Positions 32,236 through 41,700 of a DNA stretch of 44,650 bases are shown here, in pieces; within the stretch, counting starts at the first letter, position 1, and each line of letters opens with the position of its first letter. This DNA comes from an uncultured Bacteroidales bacterium (GTDB taxonomy: Bacteria > Bacteroidota > Bacteroidia > Bacteroidales > UBA10428). The position numbers and the translations under genes are program-made. A model generated the notes under the pieces. The model was not told the origin of the DNA and made no database searches. It saw only the letters and a list, made by a program, of their open reading frames with translations. Location of the stretch: positions 1-44,650 of the forward strand of contig CAZOLY010000004.1 of assembly GCA_964580815.1 (NCBI GenBank), given 5' to 3'.

Positions 32236-32781
32236 TTACCAGTTAACAAAAGCCCTGTTAAATATATCCTCTATCAATAACTTTACTATATCTTCCGTAT
32301 ATTCAGCCTGGGCATCATCAAATGTCATGCTGCTAAAATAGTCTTCGTATCTGGAAAAGCTCGATTCAAAGCTCATATCTGAATTCACCGAGTTGGAGAA
32401 TCTTATTTTTACAGCAATTGTAAACCTGTTTTGTGCTGCTATATCATTGGCAGTTATAGATACAGGTGCCTGGTCAAATGTTATAACTTCTCCTTCAAAA
32501 TCGGCGTCCCCGACACCATTTATTAATACCAGGCTTGTATTTGACTGAATATAATCTTTTAAAGCATCGGTAAATTCCTGGCTGAATGAAGGCTGAACTA
32601 TACCTCCGTTATTCTCAATCACCCTGTTCTCAATATACTGAACCGACACGGTTTTTAATCCGGTTGTTGTTGCTCCTTTCGTAGAATAACCTAATGACAG
32701 TGAACCCAGTTTAATGGTGCAGGTGCTCAATGAAATCAGGCCAGCTGTTATAAAAGGCAATATCTTAATAATTCTGTACAT
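32236..32781 (-). CDS. lptE: LPS assembly lipoprotein, LptE family
   Basis: Lipobox LSTC, FTDALKD, GDADFEGEV and a C-terminal DIFNRAFVNW typical of Bacteroidota LptE-family proteins. Confidence 0.78.
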   Translation of the reverse strand: MYRIIKILPFITAGLISLSTCTIKLGSLSLGYSTKGATTTGLKTVSVQYIENRVIENNGGIVQPSFSQEFTDALKDYIQSNTSLVLINGVGDADFEGEVITFDQAPVSITANDIAAQNRFTIAVKIRFSNSVNSDMSFESSFSRYEDYFSSMTFDDAQAEYTEDIVKLLIEDIFNRAFVNW

Positions 32782-32810
32782 TCCGCGATATTATAAAGTA
32801 ACAAAGAATT

Positions 32811-34040
32811 TCATGTAATGTCATACTCCTTAATTTTTCTATAGAGGGTACGTTCAGAAATACCGAGATCGTCAGCTGCATATTTTCTTTTTCCATTATG
32901 CCTGGTCAATGCCTTTTTAATTAGCTCTTTCTCCTTCTCTTCCAGTGATAATGATTCTTCTATAATCTCTTCCGTATCCTGTATGATATCATCCTGGAGC
33001 CTGCTTGTTTCGAATTTCTTATTTGATTTATCTTCATGAACCTCCGTTTCAACACTCTGGTAAAGCTTCTGTATAATTTTAGCATTATTCTCCTGGATTT
33101 CGGAACTTGACGACCCTTTCTGCATTATTTCAAGAACAAGCTTCTTCAAATCATGAACATCATTTTTCATGTCAAAAAGTATACTGTAAAGTATCTCACG
33201 TTCAGAAGCAAAAGTTTTTTGATCAACTGCATCATAAACAACCGGCAGTTTTGATTCATAATAATCAGGCAGGTATTTGCGCAGTATTTGTTCATTGATA
33301 TCACGATTCTGCTCAATCACAGAAATTTGTTCGGCGATATTCTTCAACTGCCTGATATTCCCGGGCCATCTGTAATTCTGCAAAATATGCTGGGCTTCCT
33401 CATTCAGACTTATGGCAGGCATACGGTTTCTTTCTGCAAAATCCGATGCAAATTTTCTGAATAATAAGAGAATATCTTCTTTTCGGTTTCGCAAAGGCGG
33501 TATTTCTATAGGTACCGTATCTAACCTGTAATATAAATCCTCCCTGAACTTACCCTGATGAATGGCTTTGTGTATATCTATATTTGTAGCGGCAATAACT
33601 CTTACATTTGTCTTAATAACTTTTGATGATCCAACCTTTAAAAATTCACCTGTTTCAAGAACCCTTAAAAGTCTAACCTGCGTAGAAAGAGGAAGCTCTG
33701 CAACCTCATCAAGAAAAATTGTCCCTCCATTGGCAACTTCAAAATATCCCTTTCTGCTGTCTATTGCCCCGGTAAAAGAACCTTTTTCGTGTCCAAATAA
33801 CTCAGAGTCTATGGTCCCTTCAGGAATTGCCCCGCAATTTACAGCTATATATGCTCCATGTTTCCGCGAGCTATATTGATGAATGATTTGCGGAAATACT
33901 TCCTTGCCAACCCCGCTTTCCCCGCTAATTAAAACAGATAAATCTGTTGGAGCAACCTGTACGGCAATGTCAATAGCCCTGTTTAAGATGCTGGAATTTC
34001 CTATTATATCATATCGCTGCTTAATGTTTTGAATCTCCAT
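32811..34040 (-). CDS. Sigma54-dependent Fis-family activator (bEBP) lacking an N-terminal sensory domain
   Basis: GESGVGKE (Walker A), GSFTGA, IFLDE, FREDLYYRL, WPGNIRQL and a C-terminal HTH LGISERTLYRK. Confidence 0.92.
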   Translation of the reverse strand: MEIQNIKQRYDIIGNSSILNRAIDIAVQVAPTDLSVLISGESGVGKEVFPQIIHQYSSRKHGAYIAVNCGAIPEGTIDSELFGHEKGSFTGAIDSRKGYFEVANGGTIFLDEVAELPLSTQVRLLRVLETGEFLKVGSSKVIKTNVRVIAATNIDIHKAIHQGKFREDLYYRLDTVPIEIPPLRNRKEDILLLFRKFASDFAERNRMPAISLNEEAQHILQNYRWPGNIRQLKNIAEQISVIEQNRDINEQILRKYLPDYYESKLPVVYDAVDQKTFASEREILYSILFDMKNDVHDLKKLVLEIMQKGSSSSEIQENNAKIIQKLYQSVETEVHEDKSNKKFETSRLQDDIIQDTEEIIEESLSLEEKEKELIKKALTRHNGKRKYAADDLGISERTLYRKIKEYDIT

Positions 34041-34216
34041 AATCTGAAATAATGTCGGATCAATTATAATAAAAAATAATGTTAATCCCTGTAATCCTTT
34101 GTCAAATAGTTAAATATCAAATAATTTAAAAATTTGTCCGTTATTAAAAATATATGACAAAATTACAATTTTAAAAGTTATTTGCTAATTTGCACTGTTA
34201 ATAAAATTAAATTTTT

Positions 34217-34972
34217 ATGCAAACTGATTATCTGGTCATTATCCCTGCACGATATGCCTCTACGAGGTTTCCCGGAAAACCGCTGGTTGATGTCGGGGGC
34301 AAACCTATGATCAGGAGAGTCTATGAACAGGTATCCGGAAAAATTGAACATGTATATGTCGCCACTGATGATACAAGAATATTGAGCGCAGTAAATAAAT
34401 TTAAAGGCAGAGCAGTAATGACATCTCCCCGACATAAAAGCGGAACTGAGCGCTGCGCTGAAGCTTTAACATTGATTGAAGAGGAAACAGGAAAAGAATT
34501 TAAAATAATTATAAATGTTCAGGGTGACGAACCTTTTTTGCAGCCTGAGCAACTTGATGCTCTGAGGTTATGTTTTAATACACCTGACACACAGATTGCA
34601 ACACTGGTGAAGCCCGTAAGTGACCCCGAAACCATTTTTGACGAGAATAAAACAAAAGTAATTATTAACAATAGCAAAGAAGCAATATATTTCAGCCGCT
34701 CACCTGTTCCTTTTATAAAAGGGCATCCACGCAATGAATGGGGTTCTGTACACCGCTTCTACCTGCATATCGGACTGTATGCATATAAAAGGGACACATT
34801 ATTATCTATAGCAAAATTAGAGCCAACCCCGCTTGAAACAGCAGAATCTCTGGAACAACTGCGATGGATTGAAAATGGTTACAGGATAAAAGTTGAAATA
34901 ACAGAATATAATTCGCTCGGAATAGATACTCCTGAGGACCTTGATAAAATAATAAAAATGGGATTGATATAA
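34217..34972 (+). CDS. kdsB: 3-deoxy-manno-octulosonate cytidylyltransferase
   Basis: IIPARYASTRFPGKPL, VATDD, SGTER, NVQGDEP, YFSRSP and ESLEQLR. Confidence 0.96.
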   Translation: MQTDYLVIIPARYASTRFPGKPLVDVGGKPMIRRVYEQVSGKIEHVYVATDDTRILSAVNKFKGRAVMTSPRHKSGTERCAEALTLIEEETGKEFKIIINVQGDEPFLQPEQLDALRLCFNTPDTQIATLVKPVSDPETIFDENKTKVIINNSKEAIYFSRSPVPFIKGHPRNEWGSVHRFYLHIGLYAYKRDTLLSIAKLEPTPLETAESLEQLRWIENGYRIKVEITEYNSLGIDTPEDLDKIIKMGLI

Positions 34973-35000
34973 GAAAGATGTAAATACCCGAGCAGGGATA

Positions 35001-35576
35001 CTAGTAACGTTTTGAAATTATATCCCAGTTAAGAATATTCCAGAATGACTTAATATAGTCGACTCTTCTGTTTTGATAATCAAGATAATAGGCATGTTCC
35101 CATACATCGCAGGTTAAAACAGGTGTCAATCCGGCCCTCAAAGGGTTGCCTGCATTACTTTCCTGAAGTATCCCAAGGGAACCATCATTATTTTTAACTA
35201 ACCATGCCCATCCGGAACCAAATAAAGTTGCAGCGGCATTAGAAAACTTTTCCTTAAACTGATCAAAAGATCCGAAGGATTTGTTTATTGCATCTGCCAT
35301 TGCCCCTGAAGGCTCTTTCCTTCCTTCCAGGCTAAATCCAAAAAAATAAAATGTATGATTCCACACCTGTGCCCCGTTATTATAAATTCCTCCTTCGGCC
35401 TCCCTGACTATTTGCTCAAGGTTTGCATTCTCAAACTTGGTGCCCTTAACCAGATTATTCAGGTTATCTACATAAGCTTTATGATGTTTCCCATAATGGA
35501 ATTCTAAGGTTTTCTCCCCGATATAAGGAGATAATGCATTTAACGTATATGGTAATTCCGGTAATTTAAAGTCCAT
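35001..35576 (-). CDS. sodB: Superoxide dismutase, Fe-type signature
   Basis: HYGKHH, NNGAQVWNHTFY, SNAGNP and DVWEHAYY. The Gln/Ala outer-sphere pattern is that of Fe-SODs. Confidence 0.85.
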   Translation of the reverse strand: MDFKLPELPYTLNALSPYIGEKTLEFHYGKHHKAYVDNLNNLVKGTKFENANLEQIVREAEGGIYNNGAQVWNHTFYFFGFSLEGRKEPSGAMADAINKSFGSFDQFKEKFSNAAATLFGSGWAWLVKNNDGSLGILQESNAGNPLRAGLTPVLTCDVWEHAYYLDYQNRRVDYIKSFWNILNWDIISKRY

Positions 35577-35672
35577 GATTGACAGGATTATGATTTGTTT
35601 AACATTGGAAAATACTGCTATCCAAAATTACAAAATATTTCAATCCAAAAAAACAATATCGATAATCAAATC

Positions 35673-36272
35673 TCACATTGAAAATCTTTTGGCCACTTCA
35701 TCCCATGACACAATATTCCAGAATGCCGATATATAATCAGGCCTTCTGTTCTGGTATTTTAAATAATAAGCATGCTCCCAGACATCCAGTCCCAGTATAG
35801 GTGTACCCTTTACAGCCGCCACATCCATTAACGTATTATCCTGGTTTGGTGTTGTAGTAACCTTCAGTTCACCATTATTATTTATAAGCCACGCCCAGCC
35901 CGAACCAAAAACAGCGGCTGCTGCAATCGAAAATTCACTCTTAAAATTATCAAATGAGCCAAATGATCTGTCTATTGCCGCTAAAAGGTCACCATGTGGC
36001 TGACCCCCGCCTTGCGGGGACATTACCTTCCAGAACAAACTGTGATTATAATACCCGCCTCCGTTATTTCTTATTGATACAGGATGCCCTGATATATTTT
36101 TAAGTATATCCTCAATGGATTTGCCTTCTGATCCGGTCTCCCTGAGAGCATCGTTTAACTTTGTCGTGTACCCCCTGTGATGCTTTGTATGATGAATTTC
36201 CATAGTGGTAGCATCAATATAGGGTTCCAGCGCGTTATAGCTATAATCTAATTTTGGTAATTCAAAAGCCAT
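35673..36272 (-). CDS. sodA: Superoxide dismutase, Mn-type signature
   Basis: [27 protein letters not shown] and [10 protein letters not shown]. The Gly/Gln pattern is that of Mn-SODs. Confidence 0.85.
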   Translation of the reverse strand: MAFELPKLDYSYNALEPYIDATTMEIHHTKHHRGYTTKLNDALRETGSEGKSIEDILKNISGHPVSIRNNGGGYYNHSLFWKVMSPQGGGQPHGDLLAAIDRSFGSFDNFKSEFSIAAAAVFGSGWAWLINNNGELKVTTTPNQDNTLMDVAAVKGTPILGLDVWEHAYYLKYQNRRPDYISAFWNIVSWDEVAKRFSM

Positions 36273-36303
36273 GATTTATTGTTTTAATTATTTATACTTA
36301 ACG

Positions 36304-36326
36304 TTATTTAGATTGATTATAAATAA
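36304..36326. promoter_or_regulatory. Palindromic operator (Fur/PerR-family-like) upstream of sodA
   Basis: TTATTTAGA-TTGAT-TATAAATAA, 21/23 identical to the site upstream of sufB; 31 nt upstream of the sodA ATG. Confidence 0.68.
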
Positions 36327-36409
36327 TAACATATCTATTTAATAATTGTTCAATTATTTTTAAACAAAATTTGACCCAAAAAATTACTTTTGTATTAAAC
36401 ACTGAGAAT

Positions 36410-37636
36410 ATGGGTTTCTTATATTCGCTTGGTCTGAAGATCTATCATCTGATAATTTTCCTGGCATCGTTATTCAATAATAAGGCCCGGTTGTGGATTA
36501 AAGGAAGGAGCGGATTATTTAAGGAAATTGAAAAACAGGTCAGTCCGGATGATAATTTATACTGGTTTCACGCTTCGTCCCTGGGCGAATTTGAGCAGGG
36601 GCGTCCCCTGATTGAAGCGGTAAAAGATCAAAACCCATCAATTAAAGTCCTTTTAACCTTTTTTTCCCCGTCAGGTTATGAAAACCGGAAAAACTATAAA
36701 GCTGCCGATTATATATTTTACCTGCCAATGGATTCAAAAAGAAATTCATCCAGGTTTATTAAGCTGATAAATCCCTCCAAAGCCTTTTTCATTAAGTATG
36801 AATTCTGGTATCATTACCTTAACTGCCTTAAAGGGCGTAACATCCCCGTCTACCTGGTATCTGCCAACTTCAGGCCTGACCAGGTTTTCTTCAAATGGTA
36901 CGGCCGCTGGTTCAGGAAAATCCTGCACATATTCACCCATATATTTGTCCAGAATATAAAATCAGAACAGCTCTTAAAGAATATAGGCCTGGATAACGTA
37001 ACCGTATCGGGTGATACCAGGTTTGATAGGGTTGCGGAAATAGCAAGGCAGTCTAAAAGTATTGAACTGGCTGAAAAATTCAGGAAAGGCAGTACAGTAA
37101 TCATTGGAGGCAGCACATGGGAGAAAGATGAGGAAATCCTGGCGGAATACATTAATACATCATCCGGGAAAATAAAATATATAATAGCTCCCCATGAAAT
37201 TCACGAATCAAAAATAGATCGGATCATTAAAAGTCTGGACAAACCTGCTATCCGTTACTCATCAGCAGGCATGAAAAATATAAATGATTACCAGGTTTTA
37301 ATAATCGATAATGTAGGTATGCTTTCCTCACTGTACAAATATGCTGATATTGCTTATATTGGCGGCGGTTTCGGTGTCGGAATACATAATATACTGGAAG
37401 CCGCAACATTTGGCCTGCCTGTAGTATTCGGACCTAACTACAAAAAATTTCAGGAAGCCGTCGATCTGGTGGGAGCAGGAGCGGCATTCACAGTTGGTAA
37501 CTTTGGCGACCTGAAAAATCAATTTGATGAATTACTTGAAAACTTACGCTATAAGGAAGCCGGTAAAATATCAAAAGACTATGTATTGAGTAATCAGGGC
37601 GCGACCAGCAAAATTCTGGATAAGATTAAAGAATAA
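36410..37636 (+). CDS. waaA: 3-deoxy-D-manno-octulosonic acid (Kdo) transferase
   Basis: WFHASSLGEFEQG, TFFSPSGYE, KYEFW, GDTRFDRV, GGSTW and HNILEAA.FG.PV.FGP. ATG 36410 lies downstream of a TACTTTTG -7 element (36385-36392). Confidence 0.93.
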   Translation: MGFLYSLGLKIYHLIIFLASLFNNKARLWIKGRSGLFKEIEKQVSPDDNLYWFHASSLGEFEQGRPLIEAVKDQNPSIKVLLTFFSPSGYENRKNYKAADYIFYLPMDSKRNSSRFIKLINPSKAFFIKYEFWYHYLNCLKGRNIPVYLVSANFRPDQVFFKWYGRWFRKILHIFTHIFVQNIKSEQLLKNIGLDNVTVSGDTRFDRVAEIARQSKSIELAEKFRKGSTVIIGGSTWEKDEEILAEYINTSSGKIKYIIAPHEIHESKIDRIIKSLDKPAIRYSSAGMKNINDYQVLIIDNVGMLSSLYKYADIAYIGGGFGVGIHNILEAATFGLPVVFGPNYKKFQEAVDLVGAGAAFTVGNFGDLKNQFDELLENLRYKEAGKISKDYVLSNQGATSKILDKIKE

Positions 37637-37758
37637 TCAAATAGAGTTATTTTTATTTGGTTTATGTGCTTGGTTTTAGTTATTGCACCAAACAAGAACT
37701 ATAAAGTGACCTTTGAAAAAACGAATAAAATTAATTATTAACCTTAAATTTAATTACC

Positions 37759-38241
37759 ATGAAAAATCTATTATTTTTTGCTCTAGTTACTTTATTTTTA
37801 ATTTCCTGCCATGAAAAAAATTGTATTAGACAAAATAAAGTTATTATCGAATCTGTTACAGGTTTTAAGGCTGTCGATGATAATCAGGCGCTTCAGAATT
37901 TTTTAAACCAGGCTATGGGTGTAACTTTAACGAGTACTGATGGTGAAAGATATACAGGGAACTTGGTTAAAAATAAGCTGGGAAGTGTTTTATTTAGTAA
38001 ATATTCATCTTCTGTAATTATTCATTTAAAGAGTGATGAAGAAGGAGTATGGGGAAGTCCCTCTCCGTGTGATGTTGATTTACTGGTATTGGTCATAAAA
38101 AAAGAACCGGATGATTTAAAAGAAAAAGCTGCTTATTTACTTAATAAAATAGGTACAGATAAAGCAAAAAAAGCATTAAAGAAATTAAGTTCAAGTAATA
38201 ATAAGACCATAAGTAACATAGCAAAAGAAGCCATGGAATAA
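37759..38241 (+). CDS. Hypothetical lipoprotein with a C-terminal HEAT-like repeat
   Basis: Lipobox LISC at residue 17. The C-terminus KEKAAYLLNKIGTDKAKKALKKL...IAKEA resembles a HEAT/PBS-lyase repeat. Confidence 0.65.
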   Translation: MKNLLFFALVTLFLISCHEKNCIRQNKVIIESVTGFKAVDDNQALQNFLNQAMGVTLTSTDGERYTGNLVKNKLGSVLFSKYSSSVIIHLKSDEEGVWGSPSPCDVDLLVLVIKKEPDDLKEKAAYLLNKIGTDKAKKALKKLSSSNNKTISNIAKEAME

Positions 38242-38750
38242 ATAAAATTTCGATTTTATTTTTCTAATTGTTAATGGTCTATTTGGCTCAGGAATAAGGG
38301 CAAGGAAGAAACTGCTTATGTCACAGAACCGGAAAATAAAACTCCCGTACAGTGAACGAACCGATAAAACACACAGTTGCTAAGAACCAATAAATGAAAC
38401 AATTTATTTTAATCACAACTTTTCTTTAATGAAAAACACTGGTAAAATAAGTAATTATCCACTGTGCTCTTAATTGATCAAATCTTGTTAAAAGAGACAT
38501 ATCAACGTTTTATAGCTTTTTTAATTTTTGTAATACGCTATGCAAACTCAGTTGCAACAATAACGGTTTTATTTACCGTGATTATAAGTTTATTAATGCA
38601 TGTGATTATAAATAATGATTTTATTTAAATTATTGAAAATAACTTTTATTTTTGATCGTAAAAATATAAAGTGTTTATCTTTATATTAAGCAACTATCGA
38701 GTTTATTACCTTGATTCCTTGATTAATACAAAATTAAAATATAATTTATA

Positions 38751-41700
38751 ATGAAAAAGTTATCCCTAACCTTTATTAGTCTTTCATTGATTCTTGCAAA
38801 TATCATGACTGCATTTCCCCAGGATTGGATTAAGCAAAGCCCAATTCCTACACCCAACACGCCATATGATATTTACTGTGCTGGCAGTAATACAATAATC
38901 ATAAGTTGCGATGAAGGAATATTTAAAACTGCCGACAGAGGATTATCCTGGAGCGAGTCAACAAAAGAAAGCTCCTTTCCCATTATTGAATTCTGTTTTG
39001 TTACCGATCAGTCAGGATGGGGCGTAGGCGCCGACTTAACAATTCTTAAAACTACTGATGGAGGAGCAACCTGGATTACCCAGAAGGAATCCGGATCTGA
39101 TACCGTTGATTTAAACTCCGTTTGTTTTGTTGACATAAACAGGGGATGGACTGTCGGTGAGGATGGTACGATTTTATATACTGATGACGGAGGAGAAAAC
39201 TGGACAAAGCAGACAAGTAACACAACGATGGACCTTGAAGATGTGCATTTTGCGGATGCCCTTAACGGATATTGTGTTGGTAATAACATAGCGCTTAAAA
39301 CTTCAGACGGCGGATCGGTATGGGAAAGCATAACCAATTTATCGGGATTACAATACTCAGAAGATGTTTTTTGTTTTAATGCTGATACATGTATAATTGC
39401 TGCAGGCTGGGGTATAGGAAATGAGATCCACCGTACGGTTGACGGTGGAGAAACCTGGACTACAACAGACCTGTTAGGATCATGGGTAAAAGAGATTCAT
39501 TTTTCAGATGACATGAATGGCTGGGCCGTCGGCAAGTCCGGTTCAGTTACTTATGGCGGATTAGAAGGAATAGTGTGGCATTCCTCAAACATGACTATAT
39601 GGAAAACAGAAGACGGGGGTATAAACTGGGATAAGTCAACATTTATTGATGAAGATTATCTTCTGGATGTATATATGGTCAATGATAATATTATATGTGC
39701 GAGCGGAACAGGCGGATTTATAATCCAGACTCTTAACGGAGGGGATTTGTGGTATCAGATTTCAAGAGGAACTTCAAAATCTTTCCATTCCAGTCAGTTT
39801 CTTAACAGCCGGCTGGGATATGCTGCTGCTGATGACGGGGTTGTTATGGTAACTCCGGATGCAGGTGATACATGGATAAGACAATCAAGCGGCACTACAA
39901 ATGATCTTAATTCAATTCAGTTCATAAATTCCAATACAGGATGGGTAGTTGGAGATTTTGGGAGAATAAGAAAGACTATTAACAATGGTGCCAGCTGGAA
40001 CTACCAGAACAGCGGAGTCACTTATGATCTGTTTTCATTATATTTTACCGATGCGTTAACAGGCTATATAGCCGGAGAGGATGGTATCATACTTAAAACA
40101 ATAAATAGCGGCAGCAACTGGACTCCACTGTCAAGTGGAGTAACGAATTACTTATATGATGTGTTTTTTATTGACAGTCAAACAGGATGGGCTACAGGTA
40201 GCGGCGGAGTAATTCTTAACACTGCAAATGGTGGGGACACATGGGATCAACAGGAAAGTAATACTTCCCGAAATATAAACTCCGTTTATTTTAAGAATAG
40301 CCAGGAGGGCTGGGCTGTAGGCAGTTCCGGATTAATTCTCAGAACTGTGAATGGCGGTGAAAAATGGATTAGCCAGTATTGCGGCCTGAACGGTAACCTG
40401 AATTCAATTTATTTTTTAAACGGGGATACAGGATGGATAGCCGGCAGTAACGGTATTATCATAAGGACCACTGATGGCGGAAATTCATGGGCCGGAAGCG
40501 AAAGCCTGGGTTCGAATTCTGTTAATTCACTTTATTTTACCGATATTGATACGGGCTATGTATTTGGATACAACGGACTTATTTTAAAAACTGTAAATGG
40601 CGGAGGCACATATAATCCTCTTCCGATGTACACTGTCCCGCAGTTATTGCTGCCGGAAAATAACAGCACAGATATTTCACTGGATCCCGAACTTTTCTGG
40701 GCATCAATTGACGGAGTGGATTCATACAGGCTGCAGGTTTCAACAACGGTATCTTTTTCGTCACCTGTTATTGATGAGAGCGGGATAGCCGATACTTCAT
40801 ATTCTGTAAGCGGACTTGACGATGACAGGAAATATTACTGGCGTGTAGGGGTAGAATATGGAGGCGAATTAACTGTTTGGTCAGGCAGTTATAATTTCAG
40901 AACCGTAGTATCCCCTCCTTCTCCTCCTTCTCTTTATTCGCCTTCGGATGGTGCCGAAGAAGTCCCGCGAATGCTGAACCTGGACTGGTCTTATGTGTCT
41001 GGAGCAGATACATATCACCTTCAGGTCGCCGAGGATAGTGAGTTTTCGTTACTGTTTTTCGAAGATTCTACAATAACCAGTACAGATAATGATGTCGGAC
41101 CTCTGGGTGAAGAGACAACATACTACTGGCGTGTCAGAGCAAAAAACGAAGGAGGCATTTCGCCTTATTCAGATATCTACAGTTTTACAACCAGTATATA
41201 TCTGATAAATCCACCTCCTGCTCCCGAGCTTCATTCACCTTATAATGGAGTCAGGTTGCAGCCGACAACACTCGAACTCCACTGGAGTTATGTAAGCAGT
41301 GCTGATACTTACCATCTTCAGGTTTCTGAAAATCCTTCATTCACTGATCCGGTAATTAATGATTCCACAATAGCAGACTTTGAACAAACTGTTGGTCCCC
41401 TTGAAGAATCGACAACCTATTACTGGCATGTGAGAGCTAAAAATGAAGGGGGCTATTCTGCCTATTCCGCAGCATTCAGTTTCACCACTGAAAGTGAAAA
41501 CTGGAGAGTACAGCTTAATGAATGTGTATATTCTCTTTATTTTATTAATGAGAATACAGGCTGGGCAGCAGGTAATTATATATATAAAACGACTGACGGC
41601 GGAAATACATGGGATGAAATATATAACCCTTCCGAAACGATATATGACATTTATTTTATTAGTTCATTAACCGGGTGGGCAGTCGGATGGAACGGGTTAA

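Noticed and set aside
34973-35000. CCC-GAGCA-GGG between convergent kdsB and sodB as a terminator
   Set aside because: The stem is too short and there is no clear U-tract.
38578-38611. Direct repeat GTGATTATAA (38578 and 38602) resembling a half-site of the suf/sodA operator
   Set aside because: Only half-sites in extremely AT-rich DNA and no palindrome; cannot be distinguished from chance.
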